Part shown: piece after piece, positions 19,933-31,501 of the stretch | Layout: each line of letters begins with the position of its first letter | Position numbering within the stretch: position 1 is the first letter of the stretch | Source: an uncultured Bacilli bacterium | Lineage (GTDB): Bacteria; Bacillota_I; Bacilli_A; RF39; UBA660 | NCBI GenBank assembly: GCA_934154785.1 | Contig: CAKPGL010000001.1 | Coordinates: 266,814 to 330,813, forward strand | Length of the DNA: 64,000 nt | Reading direction: 5' to 3' | Position numbers and translations under genes: made by a program | The notes under the pieces: model-generated | What the model was told of the DNA's origin: nothing | The model's input: only the letters and a program-made list of their open reading frames with translations | Databases searched by the model: none

Positions 19933-20220
19933 ATGAAAGAGAAAATATATACATATAATGAAATAAATTATAAATTAGTAACAGACTATAAAGATGCTTT
20001 TGATAATGAACAAGTTTTAGCAAAAGCAACAGACTATTTTAATGAATATGATTATATAGTAGGTGATTGGTCTTATGGTAGTTTAAGATTAAAAGGTTTC
20101 TGTAAAAAAGAAAACAAATTATTTAATAAGATAAATGATTTTAATAAGTTAGAAGAGTATTTAAAGAACAACTGTGCTTATGGTTGTAAGTATTTTGTCT
20201 TAGAAAAAGTTTCAAATTAG
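19933..20220 (+). CDS. YutD-like protein (DUF1027)
   Basis: GGTGATA RBS then ATG 19933. KEKIYTYNEINYKLVTDYKDAFDNEQVLAKATDYFNEYDYIVGDWSYGSLRLKGF fits the YutD family. Confidence 0.5.
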   Translation: MKEKIYTYNEINYKLVTDYKDAFDNEQVLAKATDYFNEYDYIVGDWSYGSLRLKGFCKKENKLFNKINDFNKLEEYLKNNCAYGCKYFVLEKVSN

Positions 20221-20265
20221 ACTGTATTTTGTTATAGTCTTTTTTGTTTACAAAATTTTAAAAAA

Positions 20266-20339
20266 TTAGCACTCATATATTGACAATGCTAACATATAAT
20301 AGTATAATGAAATTAGCATTCAGGAAAATGGAGTGCTAG
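20266..20339 (+). promoter_or_regulatory. hrcA/dnaK heat-shock promoter: sigma-A promoter flanked by two CIRCE operators
   Basis: CIRCE-1 TTAGCACTC-ATATATTGA-CAATGCTAA (20266-20292, degenerate right arm). TTGACA (20280-85) -17- TATAAT (20303-08). CIRCE-2 TTAGCATTC-AGGAAAATG-GAGTGCTAG (20313-20339). Confidence 0.8.
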
Positions 20340-20349
20340 AGGTGATTTA

Positions 20350-21336
20350 ATGATAAGTCAAAGACAAAGTTTATTACTCAAACTAATTGTTGAAGATTAC
20401 ATTAAGACTGCTAAACCAATTGGTTCTAAGTCATTATGTAAAATTATGAAATGCTCTTCAGCAACTATCCGTAATGAGATGAGTGAACTAGAAGAATTAG
20501 GATTACTAGAAAAAACACATATTTCATCTGGACGTATACCTAGTGAAAAGGGTTATAGATATTATGTGGATAATATAATGAAACCTAAAGAACTAAGCGG
20601 CGATGATATGTTAAAATTACAAACAGTTTTCCACAATAAAAATTTAGTTCTTAGTGACGCTATTATACAAAGTATGGAAATTATATCTGATTTAACTAAT
20701 TATACCGCTATTGTATTAGGTGAATCGTCAAATGAAAATAAGGTAAGTAGAGTAGAGGCAATTCCTTTAAATGATGTAGAATTAACCGCTATTGTTATTA
20801 CAGATAAAGGACATGTAGAACATAAGAAAGTAATGTTGGAAGAAAGAGTTTCTGTAGATGAAATAAAACAAACTGTTGACTTAATTAATAAATTACTAAT
20901 TGGAACGCCAATTGATGAAGTAAGTCAAGCGTTAGAATTTGAAATAAAACCAATTATAGGAAAATATGTAAAACAACATGAAGCCTTATATAATGCTTTT
21001 TATACAGCATTTTCAGATTTTACACATGACGCTAATGTTAAGATGGCAGGAACAAAAAATATTTTAATGCAACCAGAGTTTGACAATGTAAATAAAATAA
21101 AAGAAATTATCGGAAAATTTGAAGATAAAGATTTGATTAATAGTATTAAAACCGAAGATAAAGATGTTAAAATTTATATTGGAAGTGAAAATGAATTTGA
21201 TGATGATATGACCGTTATTAAAACCAGATATTCCATTAATGGTGAAGAAGGTACCATAGCGTTAATTGGACCTAAGAGAATGGAATACGAGCGTGTTATT
21301 ACTTTGTTAAATTATATCAAAGATAATTTCGAATAG
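20350..21336 (+). CDS. hrcA: heat-inducible transcription repressor HrcA
   Basis: MISQRQSLLLKLIVEDYIKTAKPIGSKSL N-terminal winged-helix signature. 328 aa. Preceded by CIRCE. Confidence 0.9.
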   Translation: MISQRQSLLLKLIVEDYIKTAKPIGSKSLCKIMKCSSATIRNEMSELEELGLLEKTHISSGRIPSEKGYRYYVDNIMKPKELSGDDMLKLQTVFHNKNLVLSDAIIQSMEIISDLTNYTAIVLGESSNENKVSRVEAIPLNDVELTAIVITDKGHVEHKKVMLEERVSVDEIKQTVDLINKLLIGTPIDEVSQALEFEIKPIIGKYVKQHEALYNAFYTAFSDFTHDANVKMAGTKNILMQPEFDNVNKIKEIIGKFEDKDLINSIKTEDKDVKIYIGSENEFDDDMTVIKTRYSINGEEGTIALIGPKRMEYERVITLLNYIKDNFE

Positions 21337-21347
21337 GAGGATGACCA

Positions 21348-22004
21348 GTGGAAGAAAAAGAAAAGAATACTTGTGGGTGTGAAAATGCGTCTTGCAAGTG
21401 TGAAGATAAACATATAGATGAAAAGCAAGAACAATGTAATTGTGGTGAAAAGTGCCATTGTGATGAAGAAAAACATCAAGATAATAAATGTTCTTGCAAA
21501 GAAGAACACAAAGATGAACATAAAGATAAGAAAAAGTTCTTCAAAGGAAAAGATGAAACTAAAGAATTAAAAGAATTAGTTGAAAAGTTAAAAAGCGAAA
21601 GTTTAACTGCTAAAGCTGATTTAATTAATTATCGCAAGCGAAAAGATGATGAGGTAAGTAGAATGCTAAAATACGCTAATGAAGATTTAGCAAAAGAAAT
21701 ATTACCAATCATAGATAATTTTGAACGTGCTATCAACATGGACGATGATAATCTTGAAGATGAAGTTTCTAAGTTTTTAGCGGGATTCAAAATGATATAT
21801 TGTGGTTTAGTTGGTACAATGGAAAAATATGGTGTAAAGGCTATTGATGGCTCTAATAAACCATTTGATCCAACTTACCATCAAGCTGTAATGACTGAAC
21901 ATCGTGATGGTGTTGAACCTGGCATGGTGTTAGAAGTATTACAAAAAGGTTATTTACTTAAAGATAAAGTTATTCGACCAGCAATGGTTAGAGTATCAGA
22001 ATAA
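21348..22004 (+). CDS. grpE: nucleotide exchange factor GrpE with a Cys/His-rich N-terminal extension
   Basis: AGGAGG RBS then GTG 21348. Conserved GrpE core LINYRKRKDDEVSRMLKYANEDLAKEILPIIDNFERA. The first ~60 aa contain five CxC pairs and several His. Confidence 0.85.
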   Translation: MEEKEKNTCGCENASCKCEDKHIDEKQEQCNCGEKCHCDEEKHQDNKCSCKEEHKDEHKDKKKFFKGKDETKELKELVEKLKSESLTAKADLINYRKRKDDEVSRMLKYANEDLAKEILPIIDNFERAINMDDDNLEDEVSKFLAGFKMIYCGLVGTMEKYGVKAIDGSNKPFDPTYHQAVMTEHRDGVEPGMVLEVLQKGYLLKDKVIRPAMVRVSE

Positions 22005-22015
22005 AGGAAAGGTGA

Positions 22016-23848
<1,833 letters not shown>

Positions 23849-23910
23849 TTAAACATAATAAAATAGTGAAGTTCTAGGATGACTAGAACTTCCACTGTTA
23901 TGGAGGATAC

Positions 23911-25692
23911 ATGGAAAAAGAGAAGCTTAGAAGTGAAATCAAAGATTGTTTTAAATGGGATGCAGATAAATTAGTTGATAATTTTGATGCTACTGAAAAA
24001 GAAGTCTTAAGTGCTTTGGATGAATTATTAAAATGTAAAGGACATATAATGGATAATGCTGATAGTTTACTTAAATTTTATCAGTTAGATGAAAAACTTA
24101 ATAGAAAAGCAGACTATCTATTTATGTATGCACATCTTTCTTCTGATGTTGATACAACCAATAATGATTATCGTATTTTAAAAATGCGTACGGAAAAGTT
24201 GATGGAAACAATTTCTGATAAATTATCATTTGTTGTACCAGAATTATTGGAAAATGATTTTTCTAAAGTTTTAGAGTTTATAAAAGATAATAAAGATTTA
24301 GCAAAATATAAATTTGATTTAGAAAAAGTATTTAGATATAAAGAACATACTTTAAGCAAAAATGAAGAAGAAATAGTTACCAAGGCAACTAATGCATTTG
24401 GTACTGGTGATGAAGTATTTAATAATATAGATAATACAGATATATATTTGGGTACTATTAATGTTGATGGCGAAGAAGTAGAACTTACTAACAGCAATTA
24501 TATTAAATATATGAATCATAAAGATCGTAATGTAAGAATAGATGCATTTAATAAGATGTATACTTATTTTAAGAATCGTATTAATACTATTGCTGCTTGT
24601 TTAAAAGGAAATATTAAGGAAAATTTCTTTGTTAGCGATGTAAAAAAATATAATAGTCCATTAGAAATGAGTTTATACGCTGATAATATTGATATATCTG
24701 TATATAAAGATTTAATTGAAGTTACACATGATAATTTAGATAAACTATATAAATATATGGCTATTCGTAAGAAAATGTTAAATTTAGATGAAATGCACAT
24801 GTATGATATATATTTAGATTTAGGAGCTGAAGAACCAAAAGACATACCTTTTGAGGAAGGTAAGAAAATTGTTTTTGAAGCTCTAGCACCTTTAGGTGAT
24901 GAATATATAAAAGATTTAAACAAAGCTTTTGATGAGCATTGGATAGATATATATCCTAATAAAGGTAAAAAGAGTGGCGCCTATAGTTGGGGATGTTATG
25001 ATACTAAACCTTATCTATTATTAAATTATAATAATACAATAGATTCTGTTAGCACAATGGCCCATGAATTAGGTCATTCAATGCATTCTTACTATTCAAA
25101 AACATTAGATTATACTTATCATGCTTATCCTATATTTCTAGCGGAAATAGCATCTACGGTTAATGAAGTCTTACTTAATGATTATTTATATAAACATGCT
25201 AAAACAAAAGAGGAGAAAATCTTATATACCGCAGATATATTGGATAAGGTTAGAACAACTATTTATCGTCAGACTCAATTTGCGGAGTTTGAAATGTTAA
25301 TGCATGATAAAGAAGCAAACGGTATTCCACTTACTGCGCAAGAGTTTTCTGATACTTATTATGATTTAAATAAACTTTATTATGGTGATAATGTTGTTAG
25401 TGATGATTTAATTAAGTATGAGTGGGCTAGAATACCACATTTCTATACTTCATTTTATGTATATAAGTACGCAACTGGATTAACTAGTGCTTTAGCAATC
25501 GCATCAGAAATACTAAAAGGTAATACAGAAGTGCGCGATAAATATTTGGAATTTTTACATAGTGGTGGTAGTGATTATCCACTTAATATATTAAAAAATA
25601 CTGGTGTTGATATAGAGAAAAAAGAAACACTACAAAAAGCTTTTGATTTCTTTGATAAAAAACTTAATGATTTAGAAGAACTTACTAAGTAG
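23911..25692 (+). CDS. pepF: oligoendopeptidase F (M3B family)
   Basis: 593 aa. HELGHSMH zinc motif with downstream E. M3B-like length and pattern. Confidence 0.8.
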   Translation: MEKEKLRSEIKDCFKWDADKLVDNFDATEKEVLSALDELLKCKGHIMDNADSLLKFYQLDEKLNRKADYLFMYAHLSSDVDTTNNDYRILKMRTEKLMETISDKLSFVVPELLENDFSKVLEFIKDNKDLAKYKFDLEKVFRYKEHTLSKNEEEIVTKATNAFGTGDEVFNNIDNTDIYLGTINVDGEEVELTNSNYIKYMNHKDRNVRIDAFNKMYTYFKNRINTIAACLKGNIKENFFVSDVKKYNSPLEMSLYADNIDISVYKDLIEVTHDNLDKLYKYMAIRKKMLNLDEMHMYDIYLDLGAEEPKDIPFEEGKKIVFEALAPLGDEYIKDLNKAFDEHWIDIYPNKGKKSGAYSWGCYDTKPYLLLNYNNTIDSVSTMAHELGHSMHSYYSKTLDYTYHAYPIFLAEIASTVNEVLLNDYLYKHAKTKEEKILYTADILDKVRTTIYRQTQFAEFEMLMHDKEANGIPLTAQEFSDTYYDLNKLYYGDNVVSDDLIKYEWARIPHFYTSFYVYKYATGLTSALAIASEILKGNTEVRDKYLEFLHSGGSDYPLNILKNTGVDIEKKETLQKAFDFFDKKLNDLEELTK

Positions 25693-25707
25693 TTAGAGAG
25701 GTGCAGT

Positions 25708-26829
25708 ATGGAAAAAAGAGATTATTATGAAGTCCTAGGAGTTAGTAAGACTGCTAGTGATGATGAAATAAAAAGTGCTTTTAGAAAATTAGCAAAGAAG
25801 TATCATCCAGATGTTTCTAAAGAACCAGATGCTGCGGAAAAATTTAAAGAGGCTCAGGAAGCATACGCTGTATTATCTGACGCTAATAAAAGAAAACAAT
25901 ATGACCAATTTGGTCATGCAGCATTTGAACAAGGCGGTGCTGGAGGTGCCGGTGGCTTTGATTTTTCTGGTTTTGATTTTTCAGATATTTTTGGCGATTT
26001 GTTTGGCGGAAACTCTGGCTTTGATTTTGGCTTTGGTGGTAGTCGTGGTGGTAGAAACAGTAATCGTGCCACTAAAGGAAGAGATTCTTTAATTAAAATG
26101 GATTTAACTTTTGAAGAAGCTGTATTTGGATGTAAAAAGGATGTCAAAGTAGATACCTACGAAGAATGTAAAGACTGTAAAGGTAATGGTGGAACTGGTG
26201 AAACCAAATGCCCAGAGTGCCACGGTAGTGGTATTTCTACTACAGAACAAAGAACTTTATTTGGAACTTTTATGAGTAGAACTACTTGTTCTAGATGTGG
26301 TGGCCATGGAAAAATTTATGAAAGTAAGTGTTCTACTTGCCGTGGTGAAGGTAAAGTAAGAGTAAATAAAACTTTATCTGTAACTGTTCCAGCAGGAGTT
26401 GATACTGGTAACCAATTACGTTTGGCAGGTAAAGGCGAAGCCGGAACAAATGGTGGACCTAATGGCGACATCTATCTAGAATTTAGTGTTAAAGAACATC
26501 CATTATTTAAACGTGACGGAAATGATATATATATAGATTTTCCGATTACAATAACAGAAGCTATATTTGGATGTAAAAAAGAAGTACCAACTATTTCTAG
26601 TAGTGTTAAATTAACCATAGATGCTGGTGCGGAAACTGGTGACAAATATCGTTTACGTGGTAAAGGTGTTGAAGATGTTCATTCTTCTCGTAAGGGCGAT
26701 ATGTATGTAGTCATAAAAGTTATGATACCAAGAAAAATAAATAGAGAACAGAAAAAATTATTAGAACAATTGGCAGATACAGATTTAACTAACGCTGATG
26801 AAACTAAAATAATCGAAAAATACTTATAA
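25708..26829 (+). CDS. dnaJ: chaperone DnaJ
   Basis: J-domain DYYEVLGV...HPD. G/F-rich linker. Four CxxCxGxG zinc-finger repeats. Confidence 0.9.
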   Translation: MEKRDYYEVLGVSKTASDDEIKSAFRKLAKKYHPDVSKEPDAAEKFKEAQEAYAVLSDANKRKQYDQFGHAAFEQGGAGGAGGFDFSGFDFSDIFGDLFGGNSGFDFGFGGSRGGRNSNRATKGRDSLIKMDLTFEEAVFGCKKDVKVDTYEECKDCKGNGGTGETKCPECHGSGISTTEQRTLFGTFMSRTTCSRCGGHGKIYESKCSTCRGEGKVRVNKTLSVTVPAGVDTGNQLRLAGKGEAGTNGGPNGDIYLEFSVKEHPLFKRDGNDIYIDFPITITEAIFGCKKEVPTISSSVKLTIDAGAETGDKYRLRGKGVEDVHSSRKGDMYVVIKVMIPRKINREQKKLLEQLADTDLTNADETKIIEKYL

Positions 26830-26852
26830 AGACCTACCTTGGTCTTTTTTTC
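26829..26852 (+). terminator. rho-independent terminator after dnaJ
   Basis: AAGACC-tacctt-GGTCTT followed by a T7 run. Confidence 0.65.
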
Positions 26853-26938
26853 TTTATTTAATAATGCTTTTGGAAAAAAATCTTCAAAATTAGTTTATCT
26901 ATGTTCATAAAAAATGATACAATGTTATTGGTGATAGT

Positions 26939-28051
26939 ATGAAATATGATTATTTAATAGTTGGTTCTGGTCTTTTTGCTGCTACATTTGCTTTTGAAAT
27001 GACAAAGCACGGTAAAAAGTGCCTAGTTATTGAGAAAAGAAATCATGTGGGTGGCAATGTATATTGTGAAAAAATTAATAATATTAATGTTCATAAATAT
27101 GGACCACACATATTTCATACCTCTAATAAAGAAGTATGGCAGTATGTTAATCAATTTACAGAATTTAATAATTTTGTTAATCAACCTTTAGCATGCTACA
27201 AAAATGAAATATATAATTTACCATTCAATATGAATTTATTTGTTCAACTATGGAGAGATGTAAAAACTCCAGAGGATGCAATAAATAAAATTACGTCTCA
27301 AGTTAAAAGCGCCAATATTACTGAGCCCAAAAATTTGGAAGAGTTTGCTATATCACAAGTAGGTAAAGACATATATGATAAATTTATAAAAGAATATACC
27401 GAAAAGCAATGGGGAAGACCATGTGACAAGTTACCAATGTTTATTATTAAAAGAATTCCAGTTCGATATACATTTAATAATAATTATTTTAATGATATTT
27501 ACCAAGGAATTCCTGTTTTAGGATATAATCACATAATAGAAAAAATGCTTGAAAAATGTGATGTTGTTTTAAATGTAAATTATAATTTAGAAAAAGACAA
27601 ATATAAATTCATGGCAAAAAAGGTATTATATACCGGCATGATTGATGAATATTTTAATTATGAATTTGGTCCTTTAGATTATCGTTCTTTAAAATTTGAA
27701 AATGAAATTTATAGTAATATAGATAATTATCAAGGTAATGCTGTTGTTAATTATACTGATAAAAGTGTCAAATATACAAGAATAGTAGAACATAAGTTTT
27801 TTGAAAATAACACTTGTAAGGGTACAATTATAACAAAAGAGTATCCATTTGCTTATGACAAATCTACAGAAGCTTACTATCCTGTAAATGATGATAAAAA
27901 TAATAGTTTGTATGAAAAATATAGAACACTATGTTCAAAGGAAAAAGATGTGTTATTTGGTGGTAGATTAGGAGATTATAAATACTATAATATGGACGAA
28001 ACAATAGAAAAAGCTTTAGCGCTTAGTAAGGTAGAACTAAATGAAAAATAA
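26939..28051 (+). CDS. glf: UDP-galactopyranose mutase
   Basis: MKYDYLIVGSGLFAATFA...VIEKRNHVGGN...HKYGPHIFHT, near-identical in pattern to E. coli Glf. 370 aa. Confidence 0.9.
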   Translation: MKYDYLIVGSGLFAATFAFEMTKHGKKCLVIEKRNHVGGNVYCEKINNINVHKYGPHIFHTSNKEVWQYVNQFTEFNNFVNQPLACYKNEIYNLPFNMNLFVQLWRDVKTPEDAINKITSQVKSANITEPKNLEEFAISQVGKDIYDKFIKEYTEKQWGRPCDKLPMFIIKRIPVRYTFNNNYFNDIYQGIPVLGYNHIIEKMLEKCDVVLNVNYNLEKDKYKFMAKKVLYTGMIDEYFNYEFGPLDYRSLKFENEIYSNIDNYQGNAVVNYTDKSVKYTRIVEHKFFENNTCKGTIITKEYPFAYDKSTEAYYPVNDDKNNSLYEKYRTLCSKEKDVLFGGRLGDYKYYNMDETIEKALALSKVELNEK

Positions 28052-29489
28052 AAATAGTTCATTGACAAAAAATTATATTTATAATTTAATTTATCAACTA
28101 TTTACATTCTTACCATTACTAATAATAACCCCTTATTTATCCCATGTTCTTGGTGCTCAAAAAATAGGTATATATAGTTTTACAACGTCAATACTTTCAT
28201 ATTTTGTATTGTTTGGATGTTTAGGTGTAAATTTATATGGTCAAAGGCAAATAGCCGCAACTAGAAATAATTTAAAGAAAATGACTAACACATTTTATGA
28301 ACTATTTTTCTTAAAAACTATATTTATTTTGCTAAGTTCATTAGTTTATATTTGTTTTTGCTTTAGTGATTCTGTTTATGGAGTATATTATAAAATACTT
28401 ATTTTTCAACTACTATTTAATATTTTTGATATAACGTGGTTTTATCAAGGAATAGAGGATTTTAAAACTATATCAGTTCAAACCATGATTGTTAAAATAG
28501 TCCTAACATTATCAATTTTTCTATTTATTAAAGATGAAAACTCATTATTAATATATTTTATTATAATGGTGATATCATATTGCCTTACACAAACTTTATT
28601 ATTAATACATTTAAAAGAGAATATTGGTAAATTTAATATTAAAGAAATAAATATATTTAAGCATTTTAAAAATACAATTATAATATTTATTCCACAAATT
28701 GCTATTCAAATTTATACAGTTTTAGATAAAACGATGATTGGCTGGATTCTTAATGACATGAAAGAAGTAGGTTACTATGAACAGGCTCAAAAGTTAATTC
28801 ATTTATGTTTAATGGTGATTACTTCGTTTGGAACTGTTATGGTACCACGAATTTCTAATCTTTATGCAAAACAAAAGCAAGATGAATTAAATGAAAAAAT
28901 TAATCAGTCTTTTAAAGTGGTATCATTTATAGCATTCCCAATGTGCTTTGGATTAATGGCTATAACCAATTGTTTAGTCCCTTGGTTTTTTGGTGAACAA
29001 TTTATTTCATTAAATAAATTACTACCAGTATTAAGTTTACTTTTTTTAGCAATTGGTTTTAATAATATAACAGGAATTCAGTATGCTATATCAACAAGTC
29101 ATCAACAAAAATTTACAGTGTCAGTTATCGTTGGGGCTTTAATAAATATAGTGTTAAACTTGATATTGATTCCAAATTATGGAGCATTAGGTGCTTCCAT
29201 AGCGTCAGTTGTTGCGGAAACAGTCATATTTATTGTTCAAATATTTTACTTTAAATCTATATTTGATTTTAAAAAAATATTTTTATCAAATATAAAATAT
29301 TTCTATTTTTCTATTATAATGGCAATCGTGGTATATATAGTAGGAATGATTTTTTCAAGCAATATTTTTACAACAGTTTTACAAATTGCAATTGGTTTAG
29401 TAATTTATTTTGTCTTATTACTAATTAGCAAGGATGATTTTTTATATCAACAATTAAATATGATTAAAGCTAAATTTATCAAGCATTAA
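28041..29489 (+). CDS. wzx: polysaccharide biosynthesis flippase (Wzx/RfbX-type, MOP superfamily)
   Basis: 482 aa with about 12-14 TM helices. Overlaps the glf stop by 11 nt. Typical Wzx hydropathy and N-terminal pattern. Confidence 0.65.
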   Translation: MKNKNSSLTKNYIYNLIYQLFTFLPLLIITPYLSHVLGAQKIGIYSFTTSILSYFVLFGCLGVNLYGQRQIAATRNNLKKMTNTFYELFFLKTIFILLSSLVYICFCFSDSVYGVYYKILIFQLLFNIFDITWFYQGIEDFKTISVQTMIVKIVLTLSIFLFIKDENSLLIYFIIMVISYCLTQTLLLIHLKENIGKFNIKEINIFKHFKNTIIIFIPQIAIQIYTVLDKTMIGWILNDMKEVGYYEQAQKLIHLCLMVITSFGTVMVPRISNLYAKQKQDELNEKINQSFKVVSFIAFPMCFGLMAITNCLVPWFFGEQFISLNKLLPVLSLLFLAIGFNNITGIQYAISTSHQQKFTVSVIVGALINIVLNLILIPNYGALGASIASVVAETVIFIVQIFYFKSIFDFKKIFLSNIKYFYFSIIMAIVVYIVGMIFSSNIFTTVLQIAIGLVIYFVLLLISKDDFLYQQLNMIKAKFIKH

Positions 29490-29518
29490 AATTTATGATG
29501 TGAGGTGTTATAACACAA

Positions 29519-31501
29519 ATGAGAATAAAAAAAATTATTAAAAAAATAATAGGTGAAAACAAAATAATTAAGTATCATAAAGTTAATTCTTTGTATAATG
29601 ATTCCAATATATTAAAAAAATTTGTATTAATAAAAAATATTAAGGTTTATACTAGTACTAATTTTTCTAGAATCCTAGTTGATTCAAAAGAAAATATATT
29701 ATTTTCCGAACATTATGCTTACTTTGTAGATTTTAAATATTTAATAAAGTATACTGATACATTAAATAAAAATATGACACCAGATTATAGTATTATTTTA
29801 GAAAATAGTTTAAACGACTTAAAAGAAAAATTTAAGGGAAATTCTACCGAAACTGCATTTATCTTGGAATTAGAAAACTATATCGATACATATATTAATA
29901 AAATATGTAGTTACAATATTAAAAACAAAAATAACATTATTAAATATATTGAAAACATAAAAACAAAAAAATGTAAAAGTTTTATAGAGGCTATTCAACG
30001 TATTTTATTTTTTAATCAACTATTTTGGCAATTTGGATATAATTTATGTGGCTTAGGTAGAATAGATTTTTTATTAGATTATTATTATGAAAAAGATAAA
30101 AAGCAAAAGAAAATAGATGAAAATGAAACTAGAGGTTTAATTCAAGAATTTTATTATTTGTTGCACCAATACTACAATGAAAAAAGCAATTGTTTAATTG
30201 GTGATACTGGTCAAATTATAGTTGTAGGAGGCATGGATAAAAATAATGTAAATTTTGAAAATGATTTAACTTTATTTTTGCTAGAGGAATTAAAAAAATT
30301 TAATAAACCAGAACCTAAAATATTTTTAAGAGTTAATAAAGATACATCTAACAAAATATTAGAGACTGCTATTTCTTGTATTGCTAGTGGCATCGGGTCT
30401 CCTTTAATATCAAATGATAAAATTGTAATTCCTAAATTAATAAATTTTGGATATGATGCTTCAGATACTTGGAATTATGTGCCTGCAGCATGTTGGGAAC
30501 CATCAATTTGTGGAAATTCAATAGATTTAAACAACAATTTCATTATAAATTTGTTGGAACCATTAAAAGACTTAATTAAAGAAAACGAAAACTTTACATT
30601 AGAAAAAATAGAAGACATTTATATAAATAATTTAATAACATATCTTGATACAATGATACAAAAGCATCGTGTTATTAATTACGATAAACAACCATACTTA
30701 TCACTTTTTATAAAAGATTGTATTAATAACAAAGCAATGATTTCTGCTGAAATTATAAAATATAAAAACGTTGGTTTTACGATGATTGGACTACCAAATG
30801 TTGTTAATAGCATTCTAAATATTGAAACAATTATTAGTAAAAAAATAATTAGTGTTTCGGAATTGATTTTGGCTAAAAAAAATAATTTTCAAGAAGAATA
30901 TATATTAGATATATTAAAAAACAATAATTCAAATGGCTTTGGTTCAAGTAATGAACACGCTATAGAATTAACAAATAAAATAATCAATACTGTTTCTACA
31001 ACTTTAGATAAATATCAAACAAATTATGGTGGTAAATTTAAGTTTGGTTTAAGTTCACCTTCATATGTAGAAATCGGTAAAAAGACTTTAGCTACTTATG
31101 ATGGTAGAAAGAACTATGAACCATTAGGAAATCATATTTCATCACTATATAACAACTATTTAGATTTAATGGAATTTGCTAGTAAAATAAAATATCCTAA
31201 AAATTGTATAAATGGTAATGTAGTAGATTTTATAATTAATACATCTTTTATAGAAAATAATATGGAAAAATTTACAAAATATATAAAGGCATATTTAAAT
31301 AGAAATATTTATCAATTACAAATAAATGTACTTGATAGTAAAACTTTAATGGCTGCAAAAGCTAATCCAGAGTTATATAAAAATCTAATTGTCAGAGTTT
31401 GGGGATTTAGTGCTTATTTTAATGATTTACCAGAAGAGTATAAGGATATTATTATAAAAAGAGCTATTAGTGCCGAAAGGAATTATATTGATAATGAATA
31501 A
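29519..31501 (+). CDS. compact glycyl radical enzyme (PFL-like fold; eliminase/dehydratase-type C-x-E active site)
   Basis: C-terminus NLIVRVWGFSAYFNDLPEEYKDIIIKRAISAE aligns to the PFL radical motif [23 protein letters not shown]. Also GLGRIDFLLDYYY, SGIGSPLISND, active-site loop VPAACWEPSICG (Cys-x-Glu), TMIGLPN, SSPSY...YDGR. Only 660 aa, so shorter at the N-terminus than typical ~800-aa GREs. Confidence 0.8.
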   Translation: MRIKKIIKKIIGENKIIKYHKVNSLYNDSNILKKFVLIKNIKVYTSTNFSRILVDSKENILFSEHYAYFVDFKYLIKYTDTLNKNMTPDYSIILENSLNDLKEKFKGNSTETAFILELENYIDTYINKICSYNIKNKNNIIKYIENIKTKKCKSFIEAIQRILFFNQLFWQFGYNLCGLGRIDFLLDYYYEKDKKQKKIDENETRGLIQEFYYLLHQYYNEKSNCLIGDTGQIIVVGGMDKNNVNFENDLTLFLLEELKKFNKPEPKIFLRVNKDTSNKILETAISCIASGIGSPLISNDKIVIPKLINFGYDASDTWNYVPAACWEPSICGNSIDLNNNFIINLLEPLKDLIKENENFTLEKIEDIYINNLITYLDTMIQKHRVINYDKQPYLSLFIKDCINNKAMISAEIIKYKNVGFTMIGLPNVVNSILNIETIISKKIISVSELILAKKNNFQEEYILDILKNNNSNGFGSSNEHAIELTNKIINTVSTTLDKYQTNYGGKFKFGLSSPSYVEIGKKTLATYDGRKNYEPLGNHISSLYNNYLDLMEFASKIKYPKNCINGNVVDFIINTSFIENNMEKFTKYIKAYLNRNIYQLQINVLDSKTLMAAKANPELYKNLIVRVWGFSAYFNDLPEEYKDIIIKRAISAERNYIDNE

